Source: Microcystis aeruginosa NIES-2549 (GTDB lineage: Bacteria; Cyanobacteriota; Cyanobacteriia; Cyanobacteriales; Microcystaceae). Taken from it: a DNA stretch of 32,000 bases. A program made the position numbers and the translations under genes. Below the pieces are notes generated by a model. That model was not told the origin of the DNA. It did no database searches and saw nothing but the letters and a program-made list of their open reading frames with translations. Positions 15,709 through 26,067 of this stretch are shown in pieces. How positions within the stretch are numbered: position 1 is the stretch's first letter; every line of letters begins with the position of its first letter. The DNA lies in assembly GCF_000981785.2 (NCBI RefSeq), contig NZ_CP011304.1, positions 1,950,001 to 1,982,000 on the forward strand, written 5' to 3'.

Positions 15709-17820
15709 TTAAACCGTTTCTACCAAGGGACGGGTTAACTTATCCAACTGTTGGGTTAACAGACTCAGGAATAAACCCACATCGGTGACGATACCCACGG
15801 ATTCTACGGAACCTCGATCGCTTAATTTTGTCACCACGGCCGGGTTAATATCAACACAGACCATTTTCACCCCCGCCGGTGTCATATTGCCCACACCGAT
15901 GGAATGGAGCATACTAGAGAGCATGAGAATCATGTCTGCACCTTGAATTAAGCGGGAATATTCTTCCTGTGCTTTAATTAAATCCATCTCCGTATCCGGA
16001 AGCGGACCATCATCGCGAATTGAACCGGCCAAACTGAAGGGGACATTATTCTTGACGCATTCATACATTACGCCTTTTGTCAATACCCCGGCCGATACAG
16101 CTTTGGCGATGCTGCCGTGGCGACGGATGAGGTTGATAATCTTGAGGTGGTGACGATGGCCACCGCGCACGGGGATGCCTTTCTGCATATCCACCCCTAA
16201 AGAAGTACCCATGATCGCCTGTTCCATGTCGTGAACTGCGATCGCATTTCCCCCCAGTAAAGCGTGAACGTAACCATCGCGGATTAAACGGGAGAGATGT
16301 TGCGCTCCTCCAGTGTGAATGACCACGGGACCTGCCGTTACTACCACTTTACCGCCCTGGTCGCGAATTTGGCGCATTTCCCAGGCAATCTGCTCGACGG
16401 TTAACTCGACTCGGCGCTCGCTGGAAACCCCCGCACCCATAAAGGTAAATTCCTGGGTGCTGTTGCGTTGTTCCCTGGATTCCGCCTGTCGGATAGTACG
16501 GATGCCCTCAACTCCCACCATAACGCGATCGCCAGCTTTTAAATCCCGCAGCAGAGTACATTTCGCGGTTTTGCCTTCTGGACTTTCAGTGACGACGATG
16601 GCTGCATCCATGCGTTGATTTTCCACCCGCACCCATTCACAGTTAACCCGCACTTCCGTGGGATAGATGGTGCTGACATAAAAATCATCGGGAGCGACCC
16701 CATCTTGAGCGACAATGGCGGTATTGACATCACAGATTTCTTGGGGACGAGCGGCCGCACCGAGGTCGATCAATTGTACCATGATCTCCTCCATTACCTC
16801 GTGAGAGGGTGCAGAAACGCGCACTTCGGCCGAGGAGGTACTTTGGCGCTCAATCCCTAAAGTGAAGTTTAAAACCTTGAAGCTGCCCCCATTTCCCACC
16901 ACAACATCGAGAGCTTTATTCATAATTCCCGCGTCGAGCAGATGACCTTCTAACTGGAGAATGCGACTTTCAATGGTGACATTTGCGTGATGGTCTGGAA
17001 TTAGGGGTTCGGTGGTACGCAGGGTTAAACATTTAGCGGCTCCTCCTGCTTTTAAGAACTCCGTCAGGGGAGTTTGTACCACTTCAAATCCTTTTGCGGC
17101 TAAGTTATGTTGTAAATCGTCACTAATTTTATTCATGACGATTACTTGACCGATATTCACTGCATTACAAGCAAAGTTAACCGCATCGGCTTCTTCAACG
17201 ATAATGCGTTTTTCTTCGGGAATTTTTAACTCAATTAATCGATTAGAATAGGCATCAAAAGCATCAGGATAGTAGAGGAGATAACCGCCACTAAGGGGAC
17301 AAAAACAGGTATCAAGGTGATAGAAACGTTCATCGATTAAACGTAGGGATAAAACCTCGATATCGAGCCATTTAGCGATTAAAGGGTGGGAATCTAACTC
17401 GGTTCTGAAGCCATATCCTGCCCATAACCAACGTCCTTCCCGATCTAATAATGCGTCTCCTGCACCTTCAAAGGGTAAATCTTTTGGCAGTTCGTGAACT
17501 GTAAAACCGTTATCTTCAAACCACTGTTTAAAATAGGGTTCTTCTCCCTGTCTTTCTTTGTGTAAAAAGCGACTGAGAACGACAGTTTTTTCCAGAACTA
17601 AACCTGCATTAGCGGTAAAAACCATGTCGGGCCAGCCTTTTTCTGGTGGGACTAAATCCACAATCGCCCGATCTTTGAGAACATGATAAAGCTGCTGCCA
17701 TTGTTGCCTAGCTTTTTCCTGGGAAGATTTGTGAATGTTGCCCTCCATCCAAGGATTAATCACATAATCCACATCGTAATGATCGGGAGAACACATCAAA
17801 AAGCGAATGGTTTCAGTCAT
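15709..17820 (-). CDS. argZ: Bifunctional arginine dihydrolase / ornithine cyclodeaminase-like enzyme (ArgZ/AgrE type)
   Basis: About 703 aa. The N-terminal guanidino-group-modifying fold (MCSPDHYDVDYVINPWMEGN, final Cys in GGAAKCLT) is fused to a LOR/SDH-like C-terminal domain. That architecture is known for Synechocystis ArgZ and Anabaena AgrE. I use the ATG at 17820, because the track start is TTG. Confidence 0.8.
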   Translation of the reverse strand: MTETIRFLMCSPDHYDVDYVINPWMEGNIHKSSQEKARQQWQQLYHVLKDRAIVDLVPPEKGWPDMVFTANAGLVLEKTVVLSRFLHKERQGEEPYFKQWFEDNGFTVHELPKDLPFEGAGDALLDREGRWLWAGYGFRTELDSHPLIAKWLDIEVLSLRLIDERFYHLDTCFCPLSGGYLLYYPDAFDAYSNRLIELKIPEEKRIIVEEADAVNFACNAVNIGQVIVMNKISDDLQHNLAAKGFEVVQTPLTEFLKAGGAAKCLTLRTTEPLIPDHHANVTIESRILQLEGHLLDAGIMNKALDVVVGNGGSFKVLNFTLGIERQSTSSAEVRVSAPSHEVMEEIMVQLIDLGAAARPQEICDVNTAIVAQDGVAPDDFYVSTIYPTEVRVNCEWVRVENQRMDAAIVVTESPEGKTAKCTLLRDLKAGDRVMVGVEGIRTIRQAESREQRNSTQEFTFMGAGVSSERRVELTVEQIAWEMRQIRDQGGKVVVTAGPVVIHTGGAQHLSRLIRDGYVHALLGGNAIAVHDMEQAIMGTSLGVDMQKGIPVRGGHRHHLKIINLIRRHGSIAKAVSAGVLTKGVMYECVKNNVPFSLAGSIRDDGPLPDTEMDLIKAQEEYSRLIQGADMILMLSSMLHSIGVGNMTPAGVKMVCVDINPAVVTKLSDRGSVESVGIVTDVGLFLSLLTQQLDKLTRPLVETV

Positions 17821-17993
17821 ATTTTTTGACAATGAATATTCAGTATAAGTAGTCTGGAGATAAGTTTAGACCAATCTTCCATTATACTCCACTTTGCCCC
17901 GAAATGTCACTAGGTCTAAGATTAGGACAATTACCGCTCTACAAGCTAAAAACAGCCCAGTTTTAGCCGATAACTGACGGCTAGAAGCTTAAA

Positions 17994-19757
17994 TCATTGT
18001 AAATCCTGATGTTTAAATAACCCCATAAATTTCGATTTGCGTCCGTGTTCCTTAATTAAATTTTCCCGATAAGTTTGCCATTCTTCCCGTCTTCCTGACA
18101 TATAAAAGGCATTACGAGCTTTTTTTAGCCATTTAATCGCTTCTTCGTAGCGATCAGCCTTTTTTTCGTCGAGTATCTTTTCCGCAGGAGGACACGCGCG
18201 ATCGATCACCCAGTTAGGATCGACGGTAGCAGCCGCATCCATTATCCGCCAAATTAGGTGAGACTGCACATAGGAATTATCAGAAACGACTTTAATTGCA
18301 TCTCTAACTAAATTTTCGTGGAGAAATATATCGATTTTAGCCTCTGTGGAACGTCCACCGCTAAACTCGCGCAAGTAATCTAACAAGTCTAATTTTAAAT
18401 CGGGCCAATCTTCCCCCGCTAAAGACTCAATTTTTTGGTAATGGGAAAAGGAAGGTTGGTCTTGAAATGCCTTAATTCTAGCAGCCAAAGCTGTATCTAT
18501 ATCCCCTAAAGACTGCGCTAGTTCACTTGTCCAGAGAGCTAATTGATAATAATAATTCCCAGGGAAATTTAGACCACCCCTGGCAATTATTAGGGCGGAT
18601 TCTGGTGCGGATTCATCGCGTAAAGCTTTGGCAAAAAAGAAAGCTTCATCGTTTTTAGTTATCATATTTTTTGCCGCTGCCATCGCTTCGTCAATGCGAT
18701 CAAGATAGACTAACTTAGTTAGGTATTCTACCACTTGTCCTGAAGCTAAAGCTAGATTCAAATATTCCTGATCTTTTTCCTGCTGCTCGAAAATTTCTAA
18801 GCGAATAGAAGTTAATTTTTGGGCATAATGGGGGATATTCCCTGACCACATTTCTGAAAAATTAGCCGATTCTCCTCGTAAAATCTTCTCTAAAACAGGA
18901 TCGTCCCACCCCTGTTGTAAGGCTGCTAAACTCATCTCAAAATCGGCACTCCATTCATCTTGCCATTGCTCGATCTTTTCCATTAAATCTTGCTTTTTTT
19001 GGGGATTAAATTCTTTACTTAAAATTGCCTCAGTTAGAACTCGATCGATTCTAGCACTTAAATCATCATTGACAGCACCGTAATTTTCTAAATCATCCCA
19101 TTCCTCGATACAGGCGCTAATAATTGCTTCTAAAATAGCGATCGCATTATCTGGTTCTCCCTTTTGATAATAATCTTGGGCCTCATCCACCAGGGCATAA
19201 ATTTCATCAGAAATTGGATCTTCTTCGCAGTAATCTTCTTCGATCGCTCGTAGGGATTGCCGCAGTTCATTAAGGACAGTATTACGATAAGCTTTGACAT
19301 TAATAGTTATCTTTCCTACCGCTTTATTAACTGGGATAGCTGGAAATAAAAACTTATCAATTGTCTCGATAATTTCTGGGTGTTTAGCCACTAAATGATT
19401 AAGCAATTTTCTTAATTTACTTTCATCAATCGGTGTCAATAACTCCTCTAGGGAGGCTTTTTTAATAATTAATTCTGGTTGGCGAGAACAGGTTAATAAA
19501 ACCGCCACAATATGCTTACACCAACCCTCGTAATCGTAGGGACAGGAACAGGAGACATTCTCAAGATTTTCTTGGTTAAAATCGATAGCAACTCGATAGG
19601 GTTTAACCTCACTACCACTCACTAAAGCTTGCAGATTTTGCCCCCGTTGCCAAAGAGAAATAACTGCACCGCTATCGTAATAATATTGACCGCGCTGATA
19701 GGAAGCATTGGTGCTATTTTGCCGGATAATTTTTTCACTGATAGGAGGAATAGTCAT
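17994..19757 (-). CDS. SWIM zinc-finger protein with long helical C-terminal region
   Basis: SWIM signature CSCPYDYEGWCKHIVAVLL near the N-terminus. The remainder is helical-repeat-like. I use the ATG at 19757, because the track start at 19766 is TTG. Confidence 0.75.
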   Translation of the reverse strand: MTIPPISEKIIRQNSTNASYQRGQYYYDSGAVISLWQRGQNLQALVSGSEVKPYRVAIDFNQENLENVSCSCPYDYEGWCKHIVAVLLTCSRQPELIIKKASLEELLTPIDESKLRKLLNHLVAKHPEIIETIDKFLFPAIPVNKAVGKITINVKAYRNTVLNELRQSLRAIEEDYCEEDPISDEIYALVDEAQDYYQKGEPDNAIAILEAIISACIEEWDDLENYGAVNDDLSARIDRVLTEAILSKEFNPQKKQDLMEKIEQWQDEWSADFEMSLAALQQGWDDPVLEKILRGESANFSEMWSGNIPHYAQKLTSIRLEIFEQQEKDQEYLNLALASGQVVEYLTKLVYLDRIDEAMAAAKNMITKNDEAFFFAKALRDESAPESALIIARGGLNFPGNYYYQLALWTSELAQSLGDIDTALAARIKAFQDQPSFSHYQKIESLAGEDWPDLKLDLLDYLREFSGGRSTEAKIDIFLHENLVRDAIKVVSDNSYVQSHLIWRIMDAAATVDPNWVIDRACPPAEKILDEKKADRYEEAIKWLKKARNAFYMSGRREEWQTYRENLIKEHGRKSKFMGLFKHQDLQ

Positions 19758-19893
19758 AGTCAGCAAAGGAGAGGATTGGGTGATAAAATCTTGTCTGTGG
19801 CCAGAAAACTACCGGCAGCGAGGCGGACCACTGCATCAGCAACCGAGTCCACTTATCTTCAGTTTAGCCTAAATGTGCTATAGTAAAAACACT

Positions 19894-20154
19894 ATGGAAA
19901 TTAAAAACATTCCTCTGTCCCAAATTCGTCGTCCTTTACCGCGACAAACCGATCCCGAAAAAGTTAATCAGTTGATGCAATCGATCGCTGAGGAGGGATT
20001 ACGCGAACCGATCGATGTTTTGGAGGTGGATGGTAACTACTACGGTTTTTCCGGTTGCCATCGCTTTGCAGCACATCAGCGTCTCGGTAAAGCAACAATT
20101 CTCTGTCGAGTTCGTCGCGCTCCTAAATCCGTTTTAGCTAAACACATCGCTTAA
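19894..20154 (+). CDS. srxA: Sulfiredoxin (ParB/Srx fold)
   Basis: IPLSQIRRP...EPIDVLEVDGNYYGFSGCHRF carries the FxGCHR catalytic motif. I prefer the ATG at 19894 (MEIKNIPL) over 19873. Confidence 0.75.
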   Translation: MEIKNIPLSQIRRPLPRQTDPEKVNQLMQSIAEEGLREPIDVLEVDGNYYGFSGCHRFAAHQRLGKATILCRVRRAPKSVLAKHIA

Positions 20155-20167
20155 GCTGAGAAGTCCC

Positions 20168-20860
20168 ATGAATGAGTCCTTATATAAATATCATCGGCAA
20201 AAATTAGAGCAGTTAATGGCAGAAATTGGCTGTAAAAACCTAGAAGAATTGAGTCGGTTATCGGGTCTATCTTCTTGGCAATTGCAGAGAGTTCGCCATG
20301 GTTTAATCGCCAAATTATCCTCTGAATCTTTGGTGAAATTAGCTAATGCGCTGCAGCTGCCAGTTAGCGATCTCCTCGCTCATTTTCAAATCCCGACGAT
20401 GGGGACAGAGGATCGTTCAGGGGAATTAAAAATTCTCGAACAAGAGTATCAAAATTTACAGCAACAATTAGACCAGCAAAAAGAAGAATTAGCCGCAGAA
20501 TTTCAACGTCAAAGCATCGAAGCGCTCGAATCTTGGTTAGTTCAATGGCCCACGGCCGAGGCCGTTGCCCGCAAAAATCCCGACCTAGCAGCCGTCAAAA
20601 TCCTCTCCCTAGTTAAACCGATTATGCAGTTACTGGAGCGCTGGGGAGTGCAACCAATTCACAGTGTCGGTGATCATGTCGGTTATGATCCGCAAATCCA
20701 TCAATTGATCGATGGTCAAGCGGAAATAGGTACACAAGTTCTAGTGCGTTATCGGGGCTATCGTCATGGGGAAAAACTACTTTATCGTGCTAGAGTGAGT
20801 TTAATTAAAGTAGAAATGCCGGAAATTCAACCAGTAGAAACAGAAAATGTCACCGCTTAA
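20168..20860 (+). CDS. HTH - coiled-coil - GrpE-like C-terminal domain protein
   Basis: N-terminal HTH-like segment (LEELSRLSGLSSWQLQRVRHG) and a coiled coil (LEQEYQNLQQQLDQQKEEL). The C-terminus GDHVGYDPQIHQL...VLVRYRGYRHGEKLLYRARVSL resembles the GrpE beta domain. Confidence 0.6.
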   Translation: MNESLYKYHRQKLEQLMAEIGCKNLEELSRLSGLSSWQLQRVRHGLIAKLSSESLVKLANALQLPVSDLLAHFQIPTMGTEDRSGELKILEQEYQNLQQQLDQQKEELAAEFQRQSIEALESWLVQWPTAEAVARKNPDLAAVKILSLVKPIMQLLERWGVQPIHSVGDHVGYDPQIHQLIDGQAEIGTQVLVRYRGYRHGEKLLYRARVSLIKVEMPEIQPVETENVTA

Positions 20861-20915
20861 AGTGATAATTCTTCCAGAGCCTTGGTGCTGTGAAAAATTC
20901 CCCCGTAGTCTGCTT

Positions 20916-21764
20916 TTATCTTATCGGTAAAGATTGCAATCCAAAACAAAGACCTTGACACACTCGCGTTAGGAAATTTAAGTCTAAAGTAGCGATTGTA
21001 TCCCGAGAACTATGATAATAGGGATTACGCATATTAGCAGTATCTGTCACCATAATTGCCGAATAACCGCGACTCCAAAAGGGAGAATGATCGCTGCGTC
21101 GAGTATCGGGGACGATATAACCTCCAAAAATTACCGGCAACCACTCGCAGGGAGTCTGATTTTCTCTCATGACTCGACTGAGAAAATTTAAATCCTTGCG
21201 GGTTTTGAGATTGCCAATCAAAGCGATAAAATCCCCGGTGTTGGGGTAAAAATATTCTAGAAAAGCCGGATATTTTTGAGAATGGGGATTTTTATCACAG
21301 TAACCGAGCATTTCTAAGGATAACATTAACCTTAAATCCTGCTTAGTTTGTTTTAATTTTTCTGCGTAGGCAATGCTCCCCAGTAATCCGTATTCTTCTA
21401 GATCGAAGGCAATTAAACGAATTGGATAATTAGCCTGATTCTCCCCAAAAAACCTCGCTAATTCTAATAATACCGCTAATCCCGTGGCGTTATCGTCGGC
21501 CCCCGGCGACCCCGGCACCGTGTCATAATGAGCGCCAATTAAAATCGGAGGTTTTTGACTATTATTAGGCAAATCCAAGATTAAATTTTCGTAATTTTTT
21601 CCCTGAAAATGGAAAAAATGTGATTCAACCTTTCCCCAATTGCCTAACTCTTGCCGCAGGTATTCTCGCACATAAAAATGTCCTTGACTAGAGAAAAAAG
21701 GGTTTCTTTCTCGGACAATTTGTTCTAGGTGTTGGCTTAAGCGATCGCTAAGAAGATCAAACAT
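20916..21764 (-). CDS. M28-family zinc aminopeptidase
   Basis: GAHYDTVPGSPGADDNATGLAVLLELAR and FDLEEYGLLGS metal-ligand contexts. Confidence 0.8.
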   Translation of the reverse strand: MFDLLSDRLSQHLEQIVRERNPFFSSQGHFYVREYLRQELGNWGKVESHFFHFQGKNYENLILDLPNNSQKPPILIGAHYDTVPGSPGADDNATGLAVLLELARFFGENQANYPIRLIAFDLEEYGLLGSIAYAEKLKQTKQDLRLMLSLEMLGYCDKNPHSQKYPAFLEYFYPNTGDFIALIGNLKTRKDLNFLSRVMRENQTPCEWLPVIFGGYIVPDTRRSDHSPFWSRGYSAIMVTDTANMRNPYYHSSRDTIATLDLNFLTRVCQGLCFGLQSLPIR

Positions 21765-21873
21765 TGATGGTAGCAGATAATTTAATTAAAAGAGCCAATA
21801 GATAGAGAAACTGAGGTAAAAATCGGGGAGAATAATAATTGTTAATTATCAGGTATTCTGTGGGGCTAAAATC

Positions 21874-23250
21874 ATGACCAATCTCCAGTGGACTAGCTAT
21901 GATTGTATCGTTGTCGGGGCGGGATTAGCAGGATTAATCGCCGCGCGTAATCTCCAGAGGCGAGGTCATCAAGTTCTGGTGATCGAAGCGCGAAATCGTT
22001 ACGGTGGCAGAATGTCTGGACAATATCTCCCCTCCGGACAGTGGATCGATCGAGGTGGTCAGTGGGTGGGCCCAACCCAAGAGCGTTTTTTAGCCCTCCT
22101 CGACGAGTATAAAATACGTCGTTTTCCCTCTCCCAATCAGGGAAAAACCGTCCTAGTGTTCAACAACAAACGCTATGAATTCAATGGTTTTTTTCAAGGT
22201 TTCCACGAGGGAGAAGTACCCGATATCGGCGCGGCAGAATGGCAAGATGCGATGTCAGCATGGGCGCGTTTTCAAGAACTAGCCAAAACCCTACCTTCAG
22301 GTTATCCCCAAAGCAACGATCACACCAAAAAACTAGACAGTAAAACTTTTGCCCAGTGGATTGAAGAAAACACCAGCACAGATTTTGGTCAATGGTATTT
22401 TGCTTATATGGCCCGTGCCGTCGGGTTTCTCGGACCGGCCGAACCCCAACAAGTCTCACTGCTGCACGTTCTTTGGGGACAAAATTGCGCCCCTCAGGCC
22501 GAACATCCAGAAGCCGAACTGATCCATGGCGGAGCGGGACAAATTCCCGACAAGATCGCGGCGGAGTTAGGAGAGCGAATTCGACTGGGGGAACCGGTTT
22601 TTCGCCTTAATTATGACTCGGCCGGCGTGACCGTAAAAACCAGCCAGAACACTTTTACCGCCAAATTTGCCATCATTGCCATGCCGCCCCATCTTGCCGG
22701 CCGCATTATTTATCATCCCCCGCTGCCACCCCAGCGAGAACAACTAACCCAACGAGTACCGATGGGATGCTGCGCTAAAGTCCTGATTTCCTACGAGCGA
22801 CCTTTCTGGCGAAAACAGGGACTAGCGGGAGTTGCTCAGGGGAATTGTCAATGGTTGGAACTCTGTGCTGATAGTTCCGATCCCGAAACCGGCGTCGGGG
22901 TAATCGCCACCTTCCTAGTTGGCGATCGCTATAACCGTTGGCGCTCCATGAGTAGTCCGGCGCGTCGTGCCGCCGTCCTCTCGGATTTAGCTATTTATTT
23001 CGGTCAAGAGGCACTTTTCCCGATCAGTTACGATGAGGTGGATTGGCCCGGGGATCCCTGGACTGGTGGCGCATATTCCGCTTTTATGCCCCCCGGAGTC
23101 TGGACAAGTTTCGGCGAGGCTCTTTTTACTCCCGTCGGACCGATTCACTGGGCCGGCACAGAAATGGCCGATCGCTGGCCGGGATTTTTTGAGGGAGCGA
23201 TCCGCACCGGTGAGGCGGCGGCCGATCGAATCGCCTTCCTTTTGCGGTAA
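21874..23250 (+). CDS. Flavin-containing amine oxidase family protein
   Basis: N-terminal dinucleotide fold DCIVVGAGLAGLIAARNL..VLVIEARNRYGGR. C-terminal WAGTE...GAIRTGEAAA, typical of FAD amine oxidases. Confidence 0.8.
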   Translation: MTNLQWTSYDCIVVGAGLAGLIAARNLQRRGHQVLVIEARNRYGGRMSGQYLPSGQWIDRGGQWVGPTQERFLALLDEYKIRRFPSPNQGKTVLVFNNKRYEFNGFFQGFHEGEVPDIGAAEWQDAMSAWARFQELAKTLPSGYPQSNDHTKKLDSKTFAQWIEENTSTDFGQWYFAYMARAVGFLGPAEPQQVSLLHVLWGQNCAPQAEHPEAELIHGGAGQIPDKIAAELGERIRLGEPVFRLNYDSAGVTVKTSQNTFTAKFAIIAMPPHLAGRIIYHPPLPPQREQLTQRVPMGCCAKVLISYERPFWRKQGLAGVAQGNCQWLELCADSSDPETGVGVIATFLVGDRYNRWRSMSSPARRAAVLSDLAIYFGQEALFPISYDEVDWPGDPWTGGAYSAFMPPGVWTSFGEALFTPVGPIHWAGTEMADRWPGFFEGAIRTGEAAADRIAFLLR

Positions 23251-23335
23251 AAATGAGCATTTACAGGGCTACGCCACCTTTTAGGTCAAAAAAGTCATCA
23301 TAGTCAAGTTTCGGGGCTAATAGGGCAGAAAACTC

Positions 23336-25861
23336 TTAAATCATCACTATTTCGCCCTGGTAATGTTCGACGAAATACTGCACACGGTGACGATATTCTT
23401 TAATTGTCCGATCGACCCATTCCCGCTGCTCACTGTTAGCGTAGATATGCACTAAAGGTTCTCCGGCATCGGGTAAAATCAATACCCAGTCATCATTAAG
23501 GGGATTAATCACCTTGACTCCATCGATTAACTCTAGATTATCGGTAGCGTGAGTCTCCACCAGATAGCGCATCAAGGATCCCTTTACTTTCCAAGGACAA
23601 CGCACCGCCGTATTCTTATTGTAAATGCGCGGTAACTCGGCCCGCACCTGAGCTAGAGAACGTTCCTGAATGGTTAACATCTCCAAAAGTTTCGCCACGC
23701 TGAACATGGCATCGAAACCGGGATGTAATTGCGGAAAAATAAACCCAGTTTGCCCAGAGCCTCCCAAAACCACGTTAGGATTGGTTTGACATCCTTCCAT
23801 TAAAGCGCTAGGACTGGCTTTTGTCCGCACCACCCGGCCATCGTGACGACGCGCGATCTGTTCCACGGCACTAGAAGCATGAACCGGCACTACCACTGTA
23901 CCGCGAGGATGGGCGGTCAGAATTGTATTCACCATTAGAGCAGTTAATTGTTCCCCGCGAATCGATAAACCACTCTCATCGACGAGGACTAATTGTTCCC
24001 CGTTGGCCGAAACTTGTACCCCTAAGTTCGCTTTCAGGGCCTCCACCACATGGCCCAATTGATGGATCAGTAACTCTCTTTCCTGCATGGAAAGGGCATT
24101 CTGACGTAAACTGGCATTGAGAACCACGGCATCACAGCCAAATTTAGCCAGTAATTCTGGTAAAATCGCGCCAGAGACTCCGTAGGCGTAATCAATGACG
24201 ATTTTGGAGCTACTATTGCGAATAGCCTCCACATTTAGCTGAGTTTCAAAGGTTTTGCGGTAATTATCGAGAATATCAGCCGGATAGGACATACTGCCGA
24301 TTTCCTGCATTCCCACCCGTCGCAGATCTTCTTTAAAATAGGCCCCTTCGATTTTCTTTTCCTTGGCTTTGGAAACATTAATCCCTTTTTCGTCTAAAAA
24401 CTCGATTAAGAGAAAATCTGGGCGATCGGGATGGATACGGACGTGAATGCCACCGACTACGTTTAATTTAGCCACCAAAGTCCGCGAAATCGGTAAAGCA
24501 TTCGCTTGTAGGTTTTGGATATTAACTCCCACGGACATTAAACCGGCAATCAGCGATCGACTGACCATGCGCGAGACACTACGTTGATCCCGGGAGACGA
24601 TTACCGTTGACCCCGGTTTCAGGATGGAACCGTAGGCTGCCCCCAGTTTAACGGCGAATTCGGGCGTGATATCGATGTTAGCGAGTCCCGATACTCCTCG
24701 TTGACCAAAGAGGTTTTTATGGGCAGTATTTCCCCAAATCAGGTTAATATTGAGGATGGCTCCCGATTCGATCTGTTTACTCGGCCAGACTCTGACCCCG
24801 GAATTGATCTGCGCTTCTTCCCCCACGATCGATAATTGTCCGATCACCGCACCTTCGTGTACCTGGGCCCGTCGATCGATTCTGGTTCCCCTAGCGATCG
24901 TACAAGCGGCTAAATTGACCTCATCCCCGATCACCACACCATTCCAGAGAATGGGACGTTTCAGATCGGAACCGGCACCGATGGTGACATTATCGCCGAT
25001 AACCGAACCCCTCTCGATCAGAACATTTGCACCAATGCGGCAATGATTGCCGATCATGGCCGGGGCCTCGATCTGGGCGCTAGGATCGATATAAGTATTA
25101 GTGCCGACCCATACCCCGGGGGATGTTTCTCGATAGGGAAATTCCAGGTTAACTTTGCCGGATAAAGCGTCGTATTGCGCTTCTCGGTAGGCCTCCAGAT
25201 GACCGACATCGCACCAATAACCATCGGCCACATAACCATACATAGGTTCGCCCCTTTGCAGCAGCAGCGGAAACAAATCTTTAGAAAAGTCGGCTTCTTC
25301 TTTGTAGGGGAGATAATCGAGGACTTCTGGTTCAAGAATATAGGTTCCGGTGTTGACGGTATCGGAAAAAATCTCGCTGGTGGATGGTTTTTCGATAAAA
25401 CGGCGAATTCTGCCTTCTTTGTCGGTAATCACTACCCCAAATTCGATCGGATTGGCAACCCGCGTCAGGACTAGAGTTGCTTTCGAGTTTTTGCTTTTAT
25501 GGAATGCGATCGCTTTTTGCAGGTCAAAATCGGTGATACTATCGCCACTAATCACCAGAAAGGTATCATCTAACCATTCGGCGATATTTTTCACACATCC
25601 TGCGGTGCCTAGGGGTTGATCCTCCTCGACAGCGTAGGTGATTTTTACCCCAAAGTCGCTGCCGTCTTGAAAGTAGTCGCGCATGACATCGGGGAGATAG
25701 TGCAGGGTGGTGATAATTTCGGTAATGTCATGCTTTCGCAGTAAATTAATAATATGTTCGGCGATCGGACGGTTGAGAATCGGGACCATCGGTTTGGGAA
25801 GATCACAAGTAAGCGGACGTAATCTTGTCCCCGAACCACCTGCCATTAGTACCGCTCGCAT
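23336..25861 (-). CDS. Sugar-1-phosphate nucleotidyltransferase fused to phosphohexomutase-like domains (mannose-1-phosphate guanylyltransferase family)
   Basis: 841 aa. MAGGSGTRLRPLT nucleotidyltransferase signature, central left-handed beta-helix hexapeptide repeats, and a PGM/PMM-like C-terminal half. Confidence 0.8.
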   Translation of the reverse strand: MRAVLMAGGSGTRLRPLTCDLPKPMVPILNRPIAEHIINLLRKHDITEIITTLHYLPDVMRDYFQDGSDFGVKITYAVEEDQPLGTAGCVKNIAEWLDDTFLVISGDSITDFDLQKAIAFHKSKNSKATLVLTRVANPIEFGVVITDKEGRIRRFIEKPSTSEIFSDTVNTGTYILEPEVLDYLPYKEEADFSKDLFPLLLQRGEPMYGYVADGYWCDVGHLEAYREAQYDALSGKVNLEFPYRETSPGVWVGTNTYIDPSAQIEAPAMIGNHCRIGANVLIERGSVIGDNVTIGAGSDLKRPILWNGVVIGDEVNLAACTIARGTRIDRRAQVHEGAVIGQLSIVGEEAQINSGVRVWPSKQIESGAILNINLIWGNTAHKNLFGQRGVSGLANIDITPEFAVKLGAAYGSILKPGSTVIVSRDQRSVSRMVSRSLIAGLMSVGVNIQNLQANALPISRTLVAKLNVVGGIHVRIHPDRPDFLLIEFLDEKGINVSKAKEKKIEGAYFKEDLRRVGMQEIGSMSYPADILDNYRKTFETQLNVEAIRNSSSKIVIDYAYGVSGAILPELLAKFGCDAVVLNASLRQNALSMQERELLIHQLGHVVEALKANLGVQVSANGEQLVLVDESGLSIRGEQLTALMVNTILTAHPRGTVVVPVHASSAVEQIARRHDGRVVRTKASPSALMEGCQTNPNVVLGGSGQTGFIFPQLHPGFDAMFSVAKLLEMLTIQERSLAQVRAELPRIYNKNTAVRCPWKVKGSLMRYLVETHATDNLELIDGVKVINPLNDDWVLILPDAGEPLVHIYANSEQREWVDRTIKEYRHRVQYFVEHYQGEIVMI

Positions 25862-26067
25862 AACTTCCTCCCAAGGCTATCTTTTCGCCGTTTTTAAATA
25901 TTTTTTGCAAATTATGGCTTTAGTTTTCCTATCTCGATCGAGCTAGTTCCTAACCGGCATTCTAACACCGTCTCCCGGATTCAGGACAATATTTTCTTTT
26001 CCCAAGCCGGCAAAACCCAAGCTTACAATGGGAGATGTGAATTGTCTAAATCCAAGGATGAGATGGC

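Noticed and set aside
16319-16860. Three 73-99-aa ORFs nested in or antisense to argZ
   Set aside because: They lie wholly within a long, well-supported CDS, and their composition is typical of off-frame reading of GC-richer coding DNA.
23923-25946. Seven 64-99-aa ORFs nested in or antisense to the ManC/PMM-like gene
   Set aside because: Same reasoning: they are embedded in an 841-aa CDS with clear domain motifs.
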